Shown: positions 1-9,646, counted from the first letter of the stretch. The stretch: DNA of 37,341 nucleotides from an uncultured Candidatus Saccharibacteria bacterium (GCA_964590835.1 CAZPYD010000004.1:6913-44253); one strand, 5' to 3'. Numbers and translations: made by a program. The notes: generated by a model from the letters alone, not told the origin.

Positions 1-219
1 AAAGAGAAAAGAAGACATGTTAGAGTAGGCTTAAGACTGGAATTGGGTAGATTAGGGTTTTTGAAGCTTCAAAATAGTGTTTGGGTTTATCCGTATGAGT
101 GTGATGATATTATTACCATGTTTAAAGCGCACTTTAAAATAGGGAAAGATGTTTTATATATGACTGTTGAAAAAATAGAAAATGATAAATGGCTAAAAAA
201 AGAATTCGAATTAGTTTAA
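1..219 (+). CDS. 3' end of an ORF cut by the window edge. The C-terminal domain resembles PaaX-type/Cas2-fold regulator C-termini.
   Basis: Frame 1 is open from base 1 to TAA at 217-219. The translation is ...RLELGRLGFLKLQNSVWVYPYECDDIITMF.... It is absent from the ORF track because no start codon lies in the window. Confidence 0.35.
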   Translation, partial: KEKRRHVRVGLRLELGRLGFLKLQNSVWVYPYECDDIITMFKAHFKIGKDVLYMTVEKIENDKWLKKEFELV

Positions 220-495
220 TCGGTATTTTAATCAAAAAAAATTCCTCGCAGCTCTGCTGAAGAAAAGTTCATTTAATTAGAAAATAAAAATATTATCCAG
301 TTTTTGCGGTCGGAGTATTTTGGATAATTATTTTTAAATACTTTATTTACATTTTTTTGTTTTTCTATTAAATTTTTAATTGTTAATAACACTTTTTCTT
401 TTGCTTGTTGAGTTTTTATGGTAATTTTATTATATGTTAGGTAATATTCAAATTTTTTAAATTTGTAGTATCTAGATTAAATTGTATCACCAAGT

Positions 496-1779
496 ATGAT
501 TAAATTTCAAAAGAAAACTTTAGACAATGGTTTGCGGGTGATAGCCGCGCCAATGGAAAACACCCAGGCTGTAACGCTTTTGGTGCTTGTCGGTGTTGGT
601 TCTAGATACGAAACCAAAAATATAAATGGTATCTCTCACTTTTTGGAGCATTTATTTTTTAAAGGCACAAAAAGCAGACCTCATCCAGGAGAAGTTTTTA
701 AAGATTTAGATAAAATTGGTGCTGTCTATAACGCTTTTACCTCAAAAGAAACAACTGGGTTTTGGGTAAAGTCTGCAACTACAGATTTTGATATTAGTTT
801 GGATATTGTGTCAGATATTTTGCTTGAACCACTTTTTAAAAAAGAAGAAATAGAAAAAGAACGAGGAGTGATTTTGCAAGAGATTAGTATGTACGAGGAT
901 GAGCCAATGCGAAAGGTTTGGGAAGTGTTGGAAAATACCTTATATGGCGATCAGCCGATAGGTTGGAATATAGCCGGCCCAAAAGAGGTTGTTAAAAAGA
1001 TAAGCAGAGACGACATTGTTGACTACAAGGATAAAAATTATTTGTCTAAAAATATGGTTGTGGTGGTGGCCGGCAACATTGATTCAAATGAGACCTTTGA
1101 GAAAATTAAAAAGAAGTTTGGTAAAGTAGAAGAAGGGAAAAACAAAGCTTGCAGAAAGGTTCAAATTAATCAAAAAACTCCACGCATTAAAATTATAGGT
1201 AAAGATATTGATCAAACTCATTTGTCTTTGGCGTTTAGAGCCTATGATATGTATGACGAGAAAAAGTATGCTTTAAACCTGCTAGCTGTTTATCTGGGAG
1301 GCAATTCTTCTTCAAAACTATTTAAAGAGATTAGAGAAAAAAGAGGGTTGGCTTATTATGTTTCTGCTGCAGGAGACCAAGCAATGGATTGTGGTTACTT
1401 GGGTATAGGGACTGGTGTGAGTCGGGATAATTTAGAAAAAACCATACAAAAGATTTCAGACGTATTGAGTAAAATCAAACGAAAAAGTATTTCCAAGGAT
1501 GATTTGGAGTTTGCAAAAAGCTTTTTGAGAGGGCAGTCTGCTCTTAGGATGGAAACTTCTAGTGAGGTAGCCAGTTTTTGTGGAGGGCAAGAGCTTTTTT
1601 ATGAAAAAATAATGCAGCAGGAGGAAATCCTGGAAAAGATTGAAAAAATAACTCAAGATGATATTTTAAAAGTAGCCAATGAAGTTTTTAAGCCGAATAG
1701 AATAAATATGGCTGTTATTGGTAAACAAGATAAAAATAACAAAGAAGATTTTTATAAAAATTTATTTTCTAAAATATGA
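496..1779 (+). CDS. M16 family (insulinase/pitrilysin-like) zinc metallopeptidase
   Basis: 427-aa ORF with the inverted zinc motif HxxEH (GISHFLEHLFFKGT) near the N-terminus and typical two-domain M16 length. Confidence 0.88.
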   Translation: MIKFQKKTLDNGLRVIAAPMENTQAVTLLVLVGVGSRYETKNINGISHFLEHLFFKGTKSRPHPGEVFKDLDKIGAVYNAFTSKETTGFWVKSATTDFDISLDIVSDILLEPLFKKEEIEKERGVILQEISMYEDEPMRKVWEVLENTLYGDQPIGWNIAGPKEVVKKISRDDIVDYKDKNYLSKNMVVVVAGNIDSNETFEKIKKKFGKVEEGKNKACRKVQINQKTPRIKIIGKDIDQTHLSLAFRAYDMYDEKKYALNLLAVYLGGNSSSKLFKEIREKRGLAYYVSAAGDQAMDCGYLGIGTGVSRDNLEKTIQKISDVLSKIKRKSISKDDLEFAKSFLRGQSALRMETSSEVASFCGGQELFYEKIMQQEEILEKIEKITQDDILKVANEVFKPNRINMAVIGKQDKNNKEDFYKNLFSKI

Positions 1780-2828
1780 CAAATAATTCAATAGAAAAAA
1801 AGGTAGTAGAAATAAGCATGCTAACAGTTTATAAGACTGTATTTCTCTTATTGTTGTTGGTGGGTATTTATTATATTAGAAATATAGTGGGTATAGTGCT
1901 TTTTGCTCTTGTTTTGGCTTCTGCTATAGAGCCGGCGGTAAATTGGTTTGAGCGAAAAAGAATACCACGTCCTTTGTCTATTTTACTTATTTATGTAATT
2001 GTATTTTCAATTTTGGGGACAGCTTTTTATTTGGTGGTGCCGGGATTGGTTTCTGAGATTTCTAGTTTTGCCACAAAATTACCTCAATTTTTTGAAGACC
2101 CTGTTTATTTAGAGAAAATATTTAAGTACGTGCCTTTTTCTGGTGATTCTCTTTTCCCTTTATTTAAAGAAGTTCTTGTTGGTTTACAAGATAAAATAGG
2201 GGTATTTACAGGTGGTTTTTTGAAAGTTGCTATTGATGTTTTTGGTGGAGCAATGTCTTTTCTTTTAATGATTGTTTTATCTTTTTATCTTACTGTTCAG
2301 AGGAATGCTTTGGAGGTTTTTTTAAGAGTTGTTACTCCTATAGAGTATGAGAGTTATGTGCTTAATCTTTGGAAAAGAACACAGGTTAAAATAGGGCGTT
2401 GGATGCAAGGACAGATTTTGCTTGGTGTTTTGGTTGGAGTTTTAGTTTTTTTAGGATTAAGCATATTGCGTGTTGAATACGCTTTAAGCTTTGCTATATT
2501 GGCCGCTATTTTTGAGTTAATGCCTATTTTTGGACCAATTTTGGCTTCTGTTCCTCCTATTATTGTTGCCTTTTTGCAAAATCCTACTTTAGGTTTTGCT
2601 GTTCTTGTTCTTTTCGTTATTATTCAACAGTTTGAGAATCATTTAATTTATCCTTTGGTTGTAAGAAAGATTGTTGGCGTTCCACCAATACTTGTTATTT
2701 TGTCTATAATTACGGGTGGAACAATAGCTGGATTTTTTGGAGTTTTATTAGCAATTCCGTCGGCAATAGTTTTAACTGAGGTTTTAAATCATGCCGTTGT
2801 TGAGAAAGATGGAACAAAAAAACAATAA
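1776..2828 (+). CDS. AI-2E family transporter (PerM/UPF0118-like) integral membrane protein
   Basis: 350-aa polytopic hydrophobic ORF with an ATGA overlap to the upstream gene. The C-terminal block FENHLIYPLVVRKIVGVPPILVILSI is typical of UPF0118 permeases. Confidence 0.75.
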   Translation: MTNNSIEKKVVEISMLTVYKTVFLLLLLVGIYYIRNIVGIVLFALVLASAIEPAVNWFERKRIPRPLSILLIYVIVFSILGTAFYLVVPGLVSEISSFATKLPQFFEDPVYLEKIFKYVPFSGDSLFPLFKEVLVGLQDKIGVFTGGFLKVAIDVFGGAMSFLLMIVLSFYLTVQRNALEVFLRVVTPIEYESYVLNLWKRTQVKIGRWMQGQILLGVLVGVLVFLGLSILRVEYALSFAILAAIFELMPIFGPILASVPPIIVAFLQNPTLGFAVLVLFVIIQQFENHLIYPLVVRKIVGVPPILVILSIITGGTIAGFFGVLLAIPSAIVLTEVLNHAVVEKDGTKKQ

Positions 2829-4347
2829 ATTTTATATCACTACTCCTATTTATTATGTGAATGATGTGCCTCACATAGGGCATGCTTATACCTCTGTTTT
2901 GACGGATGTTTTGGCGCGGTATAATCGTTTTTTAGGAAAAGATGTTCTTTTTTTGACTGGAACAGATGAGCATGGTGCTAAAATATGCCGCAGCGCAGAG
3001 GCCAAGGGTGTGGACGTAAAAGATTTTGTTGATGAAAATTCTGCAAAATTTAAAGAGCTTTTTAAATTACTTAATATTTCAAACGATGATTTCATAAGAA
3101 CATCTGATCAAGAAAGGCATTGGCCAAACGCTCAAAAAATATGGGGAAAGATAAGAGTAAAGGAAGATGTTTATAAGAAAAAATATGAAGGGCTTTATTG
3201 TGTTGGGTGCGAGGCTTTTATTACAGAAAGAGATTTAGTAGATGGGAAATGTATTTACCACGACAAAGAGCCTGAAAAAATAGAAGAAGAAAATTATTTT
3301 TTCAAATTATCCAAATATGGAGATGAGTTGAAAAATCTTATTGAAAAAGATGAATTTAAAATTTATCCAGAAAGTAAAAAGAAAGAAGTCTTGTCTTTTA
3401 TTGGCGAAGGTTTGAGAGATATTAGTATTTCAAGGCCAGCTAAAGATATTAAGTGGGGCATACCTGTTCCTTGGGATTCTGATCATACTCTCTATGTTTG
3501 GGCCGAAGCTTTGGTTAATTATCTTTCAGCATTGGATTACAAAGGTGGAGGAAAATTGTATAAAAAATTTTGGCCGGCAGATATTCATATTATGGCCAAA
3601 GATATTCTGCGTTTTCATGCTGTTGTTTGGCCGGCGATTCTTTTGTCTGCCGGTTTAGAATTACCAAAATCTCTTTTGGCGCATGGTTTTATAAACTCTG
3701 GTGGCAAGAAAATGTCTAAGACTTTGGGTAATGTGGTTGATCCTACAGATATAGCCAGTCGTTATGGTGTGGATGCTTTGCGTTATTATCTTGTTCGTGA
3801 ATTAACTCCTTTTGAAGATGGAGATTTTACAGAAGAAAAATTTAAAGAAACATATAATGCTAACTTGGCCAATGGTTTGGGTAATTATGTCAGTAGAGTA
3901 TTTAAAATGGCGTTTACTTATTTTGAGGGTTCTATTAAAAAACCGGACGATGTTCTATTGAGCCAAATCTCAATTAAAGAAGATGGCAAAGAGACTTATT
4001 CCGTGCCTTATGTTTTTGATAAAGTTCTTTGGCCAAAATACCAAAAGAATATGAAAGAGATGAAAATAAACAAGGCGGCGGATGTGGCGTGGGAAGCTAT
4101 TTCAATATTAGATGGGTACGTACAAGATTATGAGCCTTTTAGACTGATTAAGACAGATAAAGAAAAAACAGAAGCTGTGTTGTGGAGTTTGCTTTGTGGA
4201 CTGGCTAATATAGTTTGGATGATATATCCGTTTATGCCGGAAACAGCAGAAAAAATAATGGCCGGATTGGGGGTAAAGAACCATAAAGACAGTTGGGAGG
4301 AGTTTAAACTAAATGAGGTAGAAAATCTTTTCCCTAGAAAAGAATAA
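2809..4347 (+). CDS. metG: Methionine--tRNA ligase (short form)
   Basis: HIGH motif (VPHIGHAYT), KMSKS motif (KMSKTLGN) and a CxxC knuckle (CVGCEAF...GKCIYH). I prefer the ATG at 2809 (MEQKNNKFYITTPIYY) over the 2791 start in the track, which overlaps the upstream gene further. Confidence 0.93.
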   Translation: MEQKNNKFYITTPIYYVNDVPHIGHAYTSVLTDVLARYNRFLGKDVLFLTGTDEHGAKICRSAEAKGVDVKDFVDENSAKFKELFKLLNISNDDFIRTSDQERHWPNAQKIWGKIRVKEDVYKKKYEGLYCVGCEAFITERDLVDGKCIYHDKEPEKIEEENYFFKLSKYGDELKNLIEKDEFKIYPESKKKEVLSFIGEGLRDISISRPAKDIKWGIPVPWDSDHTLYVWAEALVNYLSALDYKGGGKLYKKFWPADIHIMAKDILRFHAVVWPAILLSAGLELPKSLLAHGFINSGGKKMSKTLGNVVDPTDIASRYGVDALRYYLVRELTPFEDGDFTEEKFKETYNANLANGLGNYVSRVFKMAFTYFEGSIKKPDDVLLSQISIKEDGKETYSVPYVFDKVLWPKYQKNMKEMKINKAADVAWEAISILDGYVQDYEPFRLIKTDKEKTEAVLWSLLCGLANIVWMIYPFMPETAEKIMAGLGVKNHKDSWEEFKLNEVENLFPRKE

Positions 4348-4353
4348 CTGGAC

Positions 4354-5121
4354 ATGAATTTAAAACTAATTGATACTCATTGTCATTTGCCTTTTCGTGA
4401 TTTTGACGAAGACAGGAAGGGAGTTATTGGACGTGCGCTTGATGAAGGAATTGGAATGATAAGTGTAGGAGCTTCGTGGGAAGAATCTCAAGAGGCTGTA
4501 AAAATTGCTGAAAAGCATGATGGAATTTGGGCTTGTGTTGGTTTACACCCAGAGGAAGCAGACCAAAAGTTTGATATAAATAAACTTAAAGAACTAGCTA
4601 AACACCCTAAGGTTGTAGGAATAGGGGAATGTGGTTTGGACTATTTTCATAATAATAAAAATAAAGAAGAGCAAAAAAAACTTTTTAAAAAACAAATTGA
4701 ATTATCTTTGGAGTTAGATAGGCCGTTGATGATACATGCCAGAGACTCTCATGGTGATGTTTTGGAAATTTTAGAAAATTATAAAAATATTGAAGCTGAG
4801 CTTCAGTGTAATATTCATTGCTTTACAGGAAACTTCAAGGAGGCAAAAAAATATTTGAGTTTGGGGTTTTATATTTCATTTACAGGGATAATCACTTTTA
4901 CAAAAGATTATGATGACATGATTAGAAATATTCCACTTGAAAAAATAATGGTAGAAACGGACGCACCTCTTATTGCCCCAGTTCCCCACCGCGGTAAAAG
5001 AAATGAGCCAGCTTATGTAAAAGAAGTTGCACGAAGATTGGCAGATATAAAAGGTGTTTCTTTTGATGAAGTTGCAAAGACCACAACCCAGACAGCCATT
5101 GATTTTTTTGGATTAAAATAA
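4354..5121 (+). CDS. tatD: TatD family metal-dependent hydrolase/DNase
   Basis: N-terminal IDTHCHL motif, GECGLDY, and HCF...ETDAP motifs in a 255-aa ORF. Confidence 0.9.
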   Translation: MNLKLIDTHCHLPFRDFDEDRKGVIGRALDEGIGMISVGASWEESQEAVKIAEKHDGIWACVGLHPEEADQKFDINKLKELAKHPKVVGIGECGLDYFHNNKNKEEQKKLFKKQIELSLELDRPLMIHARDSHGDVLEILENYKNIEAELQCNIHCFTGNFKEAKKYLSLGFYISFTGIITFTKDYDDMIRNIPLEKIMVETDAPLIAPVPHRGKRNEPAYVKEVARRLADIKGVSFDEVAKTTTQTAIDFFGLK

Positions 5122-5135
5122 AATAATATATACAA

Positions 5136-5209
5136 GCCAATGTAGCTCAGTTGGTTAGAGCATACGCATGGTAAGCGTAAGGTCGACGGTTCGATTCCGT
5201 CCATTGGCT
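5136..5209 (+). tRNA. tRNA-Thr (anticodon GGU)
   Basis: Hand-folded cloverleaf. Acceptor GCCAATG/CATTGGC, D arm GCTC-AGTTGGTTA-GAGC, anticodon arm TACGC-ATGGTAA-GCGTA, T arm GACGG-TTCGATT-CCGTC. No CCA is encoded. Confidence 0.9.
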
Positions 5210-5258
5210 CATTTTTGGAGACTTTCAATTATTAAAAATTCAAAGTAGAATAGTAGTA

Positions 5259-6134
5259 ATGAATACAGAAGACCAAAAAGATCGTTTAGAAGAATTGGAG
5301 CAAAAATTGCAAGAGCCTGATTTTTGGGTTGATAAAGAAAAAGCCCAAAAAGTTCTTAAGGAAATAGATAATATCAAGGCACAGCAGGCTAATTTAAATA
5401 AATATGACAAAGGCGATGCTATTGTTAGTATTTATGCTGGTGCGGGAGGTGAAGATGCGGAAGATTGGGCAAATATCCTTTTTGAAATGTACCATAAGCT
5501 AGCAGACAAAAAGGGTTGGGGATCTGCTATTTTGCACGAACATAGAAGTGATTATGGCGGCTTAAGAAATATAACTTTTGAATTATCGGGTAAGATGGTA
5601 TATGGTGAAATGAAAGGTGAGATGGGGGTGCATAGATTAGTAAGAGTTTCTCCTTTTTCTGCTAAAAAATTAAGACACACATCTTTTGCGTTGGTGGAGA
5701 TAATGCCGCGTATTGTCGAAGATATTGAGGTAGAGTTAAAAAAAGAAGATCTAGAAGTAGATTTTGCCAGATCTTCTGGACCTGGTGGACAAAATGTAAA
5801 CAAGAGATCAACGGCTGTTAGACTAAAACACAAACCTACAGGAATAAAGGTGCATGTTGAAACAGAACGTTCTCAATTAGCCAACAGAGAGGTAGCAGAA
5901 AGGCTTTTAAAATCCAGGTTATTTAATTTATATAAAGATCATAAAAAAGAAGAAATTGAAGATCTGAAAATTACTGTAAAAACAGAACCAGAGTGGGGAA
6001 ATCAGATTCGGTCTTATGTTTTTCATCCGTATAAAATGGTGAAAGACCATAGGACAGGAGTAGAGACAAGCAATGTTGAAAGTGTTTTAGAGGGGGATTT
6101 AGATGAGTTTATAGAAGCCCAAAAGAACATATAA
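5259..6134 (+). CDS. prfB: Peptide chain release factor 2, N-terminally shortened, no frameshift leader
   Basis: SPF tripeptide (RVSPFSA) and GGQ motif (SGPGGQNVNK). It is 291 aa, and the start lies only 49 nt after tRNA-Thr. Confidence 0.9.
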   Translation: MNTEDQKDRLEELEQKLQEPDFWVDKEKAQKVLKEIDNIKAQQANLNKYDKGDAIVSIYAGAGGEDAEDWANILFEMYHKLADKKGWGSAILHEHRSDYGGLRNITFELSGKMVYGEMKGEMGVHRLVRVSPFSAKKLRHTSFALVEIMPRIVEDIEVELKKEDLEVDFARSSGPGGQNVNKRSTAVRLKHKPTGIKVHVETERSQLANREVAERLLKSRLFNLYKDHKKEEIEDLKITVKTEPEWGNQIRSYVFHPYKMVKDHRTGVETSNVESVLEGDLDEFIEAQKNI

Positions 6135-6140
6135 CACAAA

Positions 6141-6212
6141 ACATATAACCTGTAACAAAAATTTTTTAAAAAAATGTTACATGTTATGTATTAAATGTTA
6201 CATGTTATATAT
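6141..6212. repeat. Intergenic hairpin and tandem word repeat built from ATGTTACATGTTAT
   Basis: Left arm ACATATAACCTGTAACA (6141-6157) pairs imperfectly with TGTTACATGTTATGT (6175-6189). AAATGTTACATGTTAT(G/A)TATT occurs twice with a 21-nt period (from 6172 and 6193). Confidence 0.6.
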
Positions 6213-6222
6213 TATATAATTT

Positions 6223-6903
6223 ATGATTTATTTCGATAAAGTTTCAAAAATTTATACAGACACTTCTACTGCCTTGAATAATGTAACTTTTACCATTAAA
6301 CAGGGTGAATTTGTTTCTATTGTGGGTCATTCTGGCGCAGGTAAAACAACCTTGCTGAAACTTTTGTTGGCAGAAGATAAGCCGACTTCGGGAAGTGTTT
6401 TTTTTGATTCATTGGATGTTCATACATTGGCTAAAAAAGATAAGCATAAATTGAGAAAAAAGATTGGAATGGTCTTTCAGGATTTTCGTCTTTTACCTAC
6501 AAAAACAGCTTATGAAAATATTGCATTTGCAATGCAGGCTGCTGGCAGGAAAGAGGAAGAAATAAGAGAAAATGTTCCTCAAGTTTTGGATGTTGTGGAC
6601 TTGATTGATAAAAGTCATCATTTTCCAAATGAAATGTCTGGAGGGGAAAGACAAAGAGTGGCAATTGCTAGAGCCATAATTAACAGACCAGAGGTTATTA
6701 TTGCAGATGAACCAACCGGAAACTTAGATCCAATTAATGCAAAAGAAATAATCGATCTTTTTAAAAAAGTAAACGAACTTAAAACAACGGTGATTTTAAC
6801 AACTCACAATAAAGATATAATTAATTCGCTTGATAGGAGAGTGATTACCTTAGAAAAAGGTAAAATAGCTAGAGACGATAAAAAAGGTAAATACGTTGTG
6901 TAA
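6223..6903 (+). CDS. ftsE: Cell division ABC ATPase FtsE
   Basis: Walker A GHSGAGKTT, signature MSGGERQR, Walker B IIADEP. It is followed by an ftsX-like gene. Confidence 0.9.
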   Translation: MIYFDKVSKIYTDTSTALNNVTFTIKQGEFVSIVGHSGAGKTTLLKLLLAEDKPTSGSVFFDSLDVHTLAKKDKHKLRKKIGMVFQDFRLLPTKTAYENIAFAMQAAGRKEEEIRENVPQVLDVVDLIDKSHHFPNEMSGGERQRVAIARAIINRPEVIIADEPTGNLDPINAKEIIDLFKKVNELKTTVILTTHNKDIINSLDRRVITLEKGKIARDDKKGKYVV

Positions 6904-6906
6904 TGC

Positions 6907-6970
6907 GATACAAATATACGAATGCATACGAATTATACCAATAATACTAATATTCGTATCCATTTGTATC
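6907..6970. repeat. Intergenic imperfect hairpin built from the words GATACAAAT and ATACGAAT
   Basis: GATACAAATATACGAAT (6907-6923) pairs with ATTCGTAT-CC-ATTTGTATC (6952-6970). TTAGTA words then repeat up to the ftsX start. Confidence 0.55.
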
Positions 6971-7005
6971 ATTAGTAAAATTAGTATATTAGTATCAATT
7001 TAATT

Positions 7006-7914
7006 ATGATTTGGACAAATTTAAAAAGAATAACAAAAACTGGTTTTGTAAATTTTTGTAGAAATAGCTGGGTGTCAGTGGCAACTATTTTGATAATGGT
7101 AATTACTCTTTCTACTATTGGTTCTTTGATTTTTGGTAAGGCTATTCTTTTGGCAGTTTTAGATCAACTGGAAGACAAGGTTGATATTACTATTTATTTT
7201 AAAACAGATGCTAGTGAGGGTGATGTAAATTCTCTTCAGGAATATTTAAAGCAGTTAGACGAAGTAAAAGACATGGAGTATATTTCTCGTGAAGATGCCT
7301 TGCTTAGTTTTCGTGAAAGACACAAGGAAAATAATTTGATAACACAATCTCTTGATGAATTGGAAGATAATCCTCTTGGGGCGAGCTTGAATATAAAAGC
7401 AGAAGATCCGGAACAATATGAAAGTATTGCTCGTTTTTTGGAGGCGGGTCTTTTTTCGGGGGTGGATAAGATAAATTATAAACAAAACAAAGTAGTCATA
7501 GATAGATTGGCAAACATTTTAACATCTTCTAGGAGACTTGGTGCAGGAATAAGTTTTGTTTTTATTTTTGTAGCACTGCTTGTTACTTTTAATACAATTA
7601 GAATGGCTATTTATACAAACAAGGAAGAGATAAAAATAATGCGTTTGGTTGGTGCTTCAAATAGATATATTAGAAGTCCTTTTGTTGTGGAGGGTGTTTT
7701 GTATGGATTAGTTTCCAGTATTATTACGATGATTTTATTTTACCCTTTAACGTATTGGCTCGGACCATTGTCTGAAAGGTTTTTGGGTGGAGTAAATATT
7801 TTTTATTATTACCTTGATAATTTTTTCCAAATGTTTTTGATTCTTTTTGTGGTAGGCATTTTCTTGGGGGTTGTTTCAAGCTGGGTTGCCACCAGAAGAT
7901 ATTTAAAAGCATAG
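7006..7914 (+). CDS. ftsX: Cell division permease-like protein FtsX
   Basis: 302 aa with an N-terminal TM helix, a large extracytoplasmic loop and three C-terminal TM helices. It sits immediately after ftsE. Confidence 0.85.
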   Translation: MIWTNLKRITKTGFVNFCRNSWVSVATILIMVITLSTIGSLIFGKAILLAVLDQLEDKVDITIYFKTDASEGDVNSLQEYLKQLDEVKDMEYISREDALLSFRERHKENNLITQSLDELEDNPLGASLNIKAEDPEQYESIARFLEAGLFSGVDKINYKQNKVVIDRLANILTSSRRLGAGISFVFIFVALLVTFNTIRMAIYTNKEEIKIMRLVGASNRYIRSPFVVEGVLYGLVSSIITMILFYPLTYWLGPLSERFLGGVNIFYYYLDNFFQMFLILFVVGIFLGVVSSWVATRRYLKA

Positions 7915-7934
7915 ATTTTAAGTATATAGACAAA

Positions 7935-7970
7935 AAAACCACATTATTTTTTAATAGTGTGGTTTTTGAT
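7935..7970 (+). terminator. Rho-independent terminator after ftsX
   Basis: AAACCACATTATT / AATAGTGTGGTTT stem with one mismatch, followed by a T run. Confidence 0.6.
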
Positions 7971-8026
7971 TTTTAAGTTTTTAATTGTTAGACTAGTTGT
8001 AGATTTTTAAAAACAAGGAGGATGCA

Positions 8027-8623
8027 GTGGATATTAAAAAGAAAAATGGTATTGATTTAAAGAATGTTTTTGTATCTGAAGGGTGGCTCGGAGATGTTGT
8101 AAAGAAGCCGGGTTTAGATTTGATTATGAATTTGTTTAGAACTCAAAGAGTGTTTGCTGTTGGGGGGTTCGACGGAACTTGGAGTGTAGCTAAGCATTCT
8201 TTCCTTGCGGCAATGTTGGCAATTTATTGGGCCAGAGAGCGAGGTTGGTCGGAAGATAAAAGAAACAAGTTGGTAGTTCAGTTACTGGTACACGATACTC
8301 ACGAGTCTGTTACAGGGGACATATTGCCCTTTTTAAAAACACCAGAAGTTAAAGAAAAACTTAATGAGGTGCAGATACAGATTTTAACTGGTTTGGGTAT
8401 TGTAGAAGATGAGTCGCTTAAAAAAGACCAAAAACTTTTAGACTTGATTGCTTTTTTGTATGAGATCAAACAAGCTCCTGTCCAAATTTTAGATACAAAA
8501 AAAGTTGGATTTAGGGGTGAAATAATAGCCAAACAAATCAAAGGAATTATTAAACATGGGGAAACAATGAACATCCCAGAAGAAGAAATAGAGTCTTTTT
8601 TGAGAAGACTCAAGTTGGTTTAA
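8027..8623 (+). CDS. HD-domain phosphohydrolase (YfbR-like 5'-nucleotidase type)
   Basis: GTG start 8 nt after AGGAGG. H...HD...D pattern (VAKHSFLAAM..., LLVHDTHESVTGDILPF). Confidence 0.65.
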   Translation: MDIKKKNGIDLKNVFVSEGWLGDVVKKPGLDLIMNLFRTQRVFAVGGFDGTWSVAKHSFLAAMLAIYWARERGWSEDKRNKLVVQLLVHDTHESVTGDILPFLKTPEVKEKLNEVQIQILTGLGIVEDESLKKDQKLLDLIAFLYEIKQAPVQILDTKKVGFRGEIIAKQIKGIIKHGETMNIPEEEIESFLRRLKLV

Positions 8624-8630
8624 AAATAAA

Positions 8631-8652
8631 ACAGGGCAATGCCCTGTTTTTC
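8631..8652 (+). terminator. Rho-independent terminator
   Basis: ACAGGGC-AAT-GCCCTGT hairpin followed by TTTTTCTTT. Confidence 0.75.
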
Positions 8653-8705
8653 TTTACTTAAAAATGTTACAAAGTTATACTAAATAATAGGTATGTGTTT
8701 TAATT

Positions 8706-8776
8706 TGCCAGATCGTCTAATGGTAGGACCCATGCCTCTGGAGCATGTTGTCTAGGTTCGAATCCTAGTCTGGCAG
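8706..8776 (+). tRNA. tRNA-Gln (anticodon CUG)
   Basis: Acceptor TGCCAGA/TCTGGCA with the U1:A72 pair typical of bacterial tRNA-Gln. Anticodon arm CATGC-CTCTGGA-GCATG, T arm CTAGG-TTCGAAT-CCTAG. Confidence 0.88.
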
Positions 8777-8807
8777 TAATTATTTATTAACTTAATTAAA
8801 ATAAAAT

Positions 8808-8975
8808 ATGCAAAAAATTAAGGTTGAGCAAAACAGTTTTACTGCATTTTCTTGGTGTGCAGGTTGGTTATTTACAGTCGGTTTTCTCCAGCTTACTTTT
8901 TGGAAAGGTGTGTTGGCTATAATTTTGTGGCCTTATTATCTCGGGATAACTTTTAGTGTGTTTTTACCTTTTTAA
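8808..8975 (+). CDS. Possible 55-aa small membrane protein
   Basis: ATG-to-TAA ORF below the track cutoff: MQKIKVEQNSFTAFSWCAGWLFTVGFLQLTFWKGVLAIILWPYYLGITFSVFLPF. It has two hydrophobic segments and ends 6 nt before the next gene. Confidence 0.35.
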   Translation: MQKIKVEQNSFTAFSWCAGWLFTVGFLQLTFWKGVLAIILWPYYLGITFSVFLPF

Positions 8976-8981
8976 TTTTTT

Positions 8982-9590
8982 ATGAAAGAAAATAATAAGT
9001 TTCCCGTAGTTCTTTTTTGTATTTATGTGGTTTTATGGGTTGTATTTGCTCTTAACCCTGTTCACCGAGGTGTGTGGATTTTGGAAAATATTGTTGTATT
9101 AATTTTTTTACCACTTTTTATTATAAGTTATTTTAAGTTTCGTCTTACGAATACCTCTTATTTTTTAATTTTTCTTTTTGGGGTTATGCATATTTTTGGT
9201 TCTTATTATACATATAGCGGAATACCTTTTGGTGAATGGTTGAGCCAGATTTTTAATTTTGAGAGAAATAATTATGATAGAATTGTTCATTTTTCTTTTG
9301 GTTTTTTAACAGTCAGTGTTTTGTGGGATCTTATTTATCGTTTTTTGCCAAAAAATAAGTTTTTTGCTTTTTTATTTGTTGTTAGCATAATTGTGTTTTT
9401 GGGTTCAGTGTATGAAATAGGTGAATTTACTGCAGGTACTCTTGCGGTTCCGGAAATGGGAATGTCTTTTTTGGCTTTGCAGGGGGATGTTTGGGATACT
9501 CAAAAAGATATGGCACTTCAAACAATTGGTGCTATTTTAGGTTTATTGGTTTTTCCGTTAAGAAATAAAAATAGATCTGTCCCGAAATAA
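8982..9590 (+). CDS. Polytopic membrane protein, probably DUF2238/YjdF family
   Basis: 202 aa with several TM segments. The central NNYDRIVHFSFGFL block is as I recall for YjdF-like proteins. Confidence 0.5.
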   Translation: MKENNKFPVVLFCIYVVLWVVFALNPVHRGVWILENIVVLIFLPLFIISYFKFRLTNTSYFLIFLFGVMHIFGSYYTYSGIPFGEWLSQIFNFERNNYDRIVHFSFGFLTVSVLWDLIYRFLPKNKFFAFLFVVSIIVFLGSVYEIGEFTAGTLAVPEMGMSFLALQGDVWDTQKDMALQTIGAILGLLVFPLRNKNRSVPK

Positions 9591-9646
9591 GATTCCGATG
9601 AAAATTTTTATGTTTTGAGCGGAAAAATTATTTAGGGATAGGTCTA

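Noticed and set aside
220-495. Small gene or ncRNA in the 276-nt AT-rich gap before the M16 peptidase
   Set aside because: No ORF with a start codon is present on either strand. An apparent minus-strand ORF begins with CAT, not ATG. Only weak 7-bp inverted repeats occur. It is most likely promoter or spacer DNA.
5013-5228. ORFs overlapping tRNA genes (5013-5228, 16751-17056, 16757-17020)
   Set aside because: They translate through tRNA-Thr or tRNA-Ala sequence (e.g. GIEPSTLRL, GLEPATSGMQ). These are classic tRNA read-through artefacts.
6172-6212. CRISPR array (also considered for 17097-17132)
   Set aside because: These are only 2-3 short tandem units with no unique spacers of CRISPR length. 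No cas genes are in the window.
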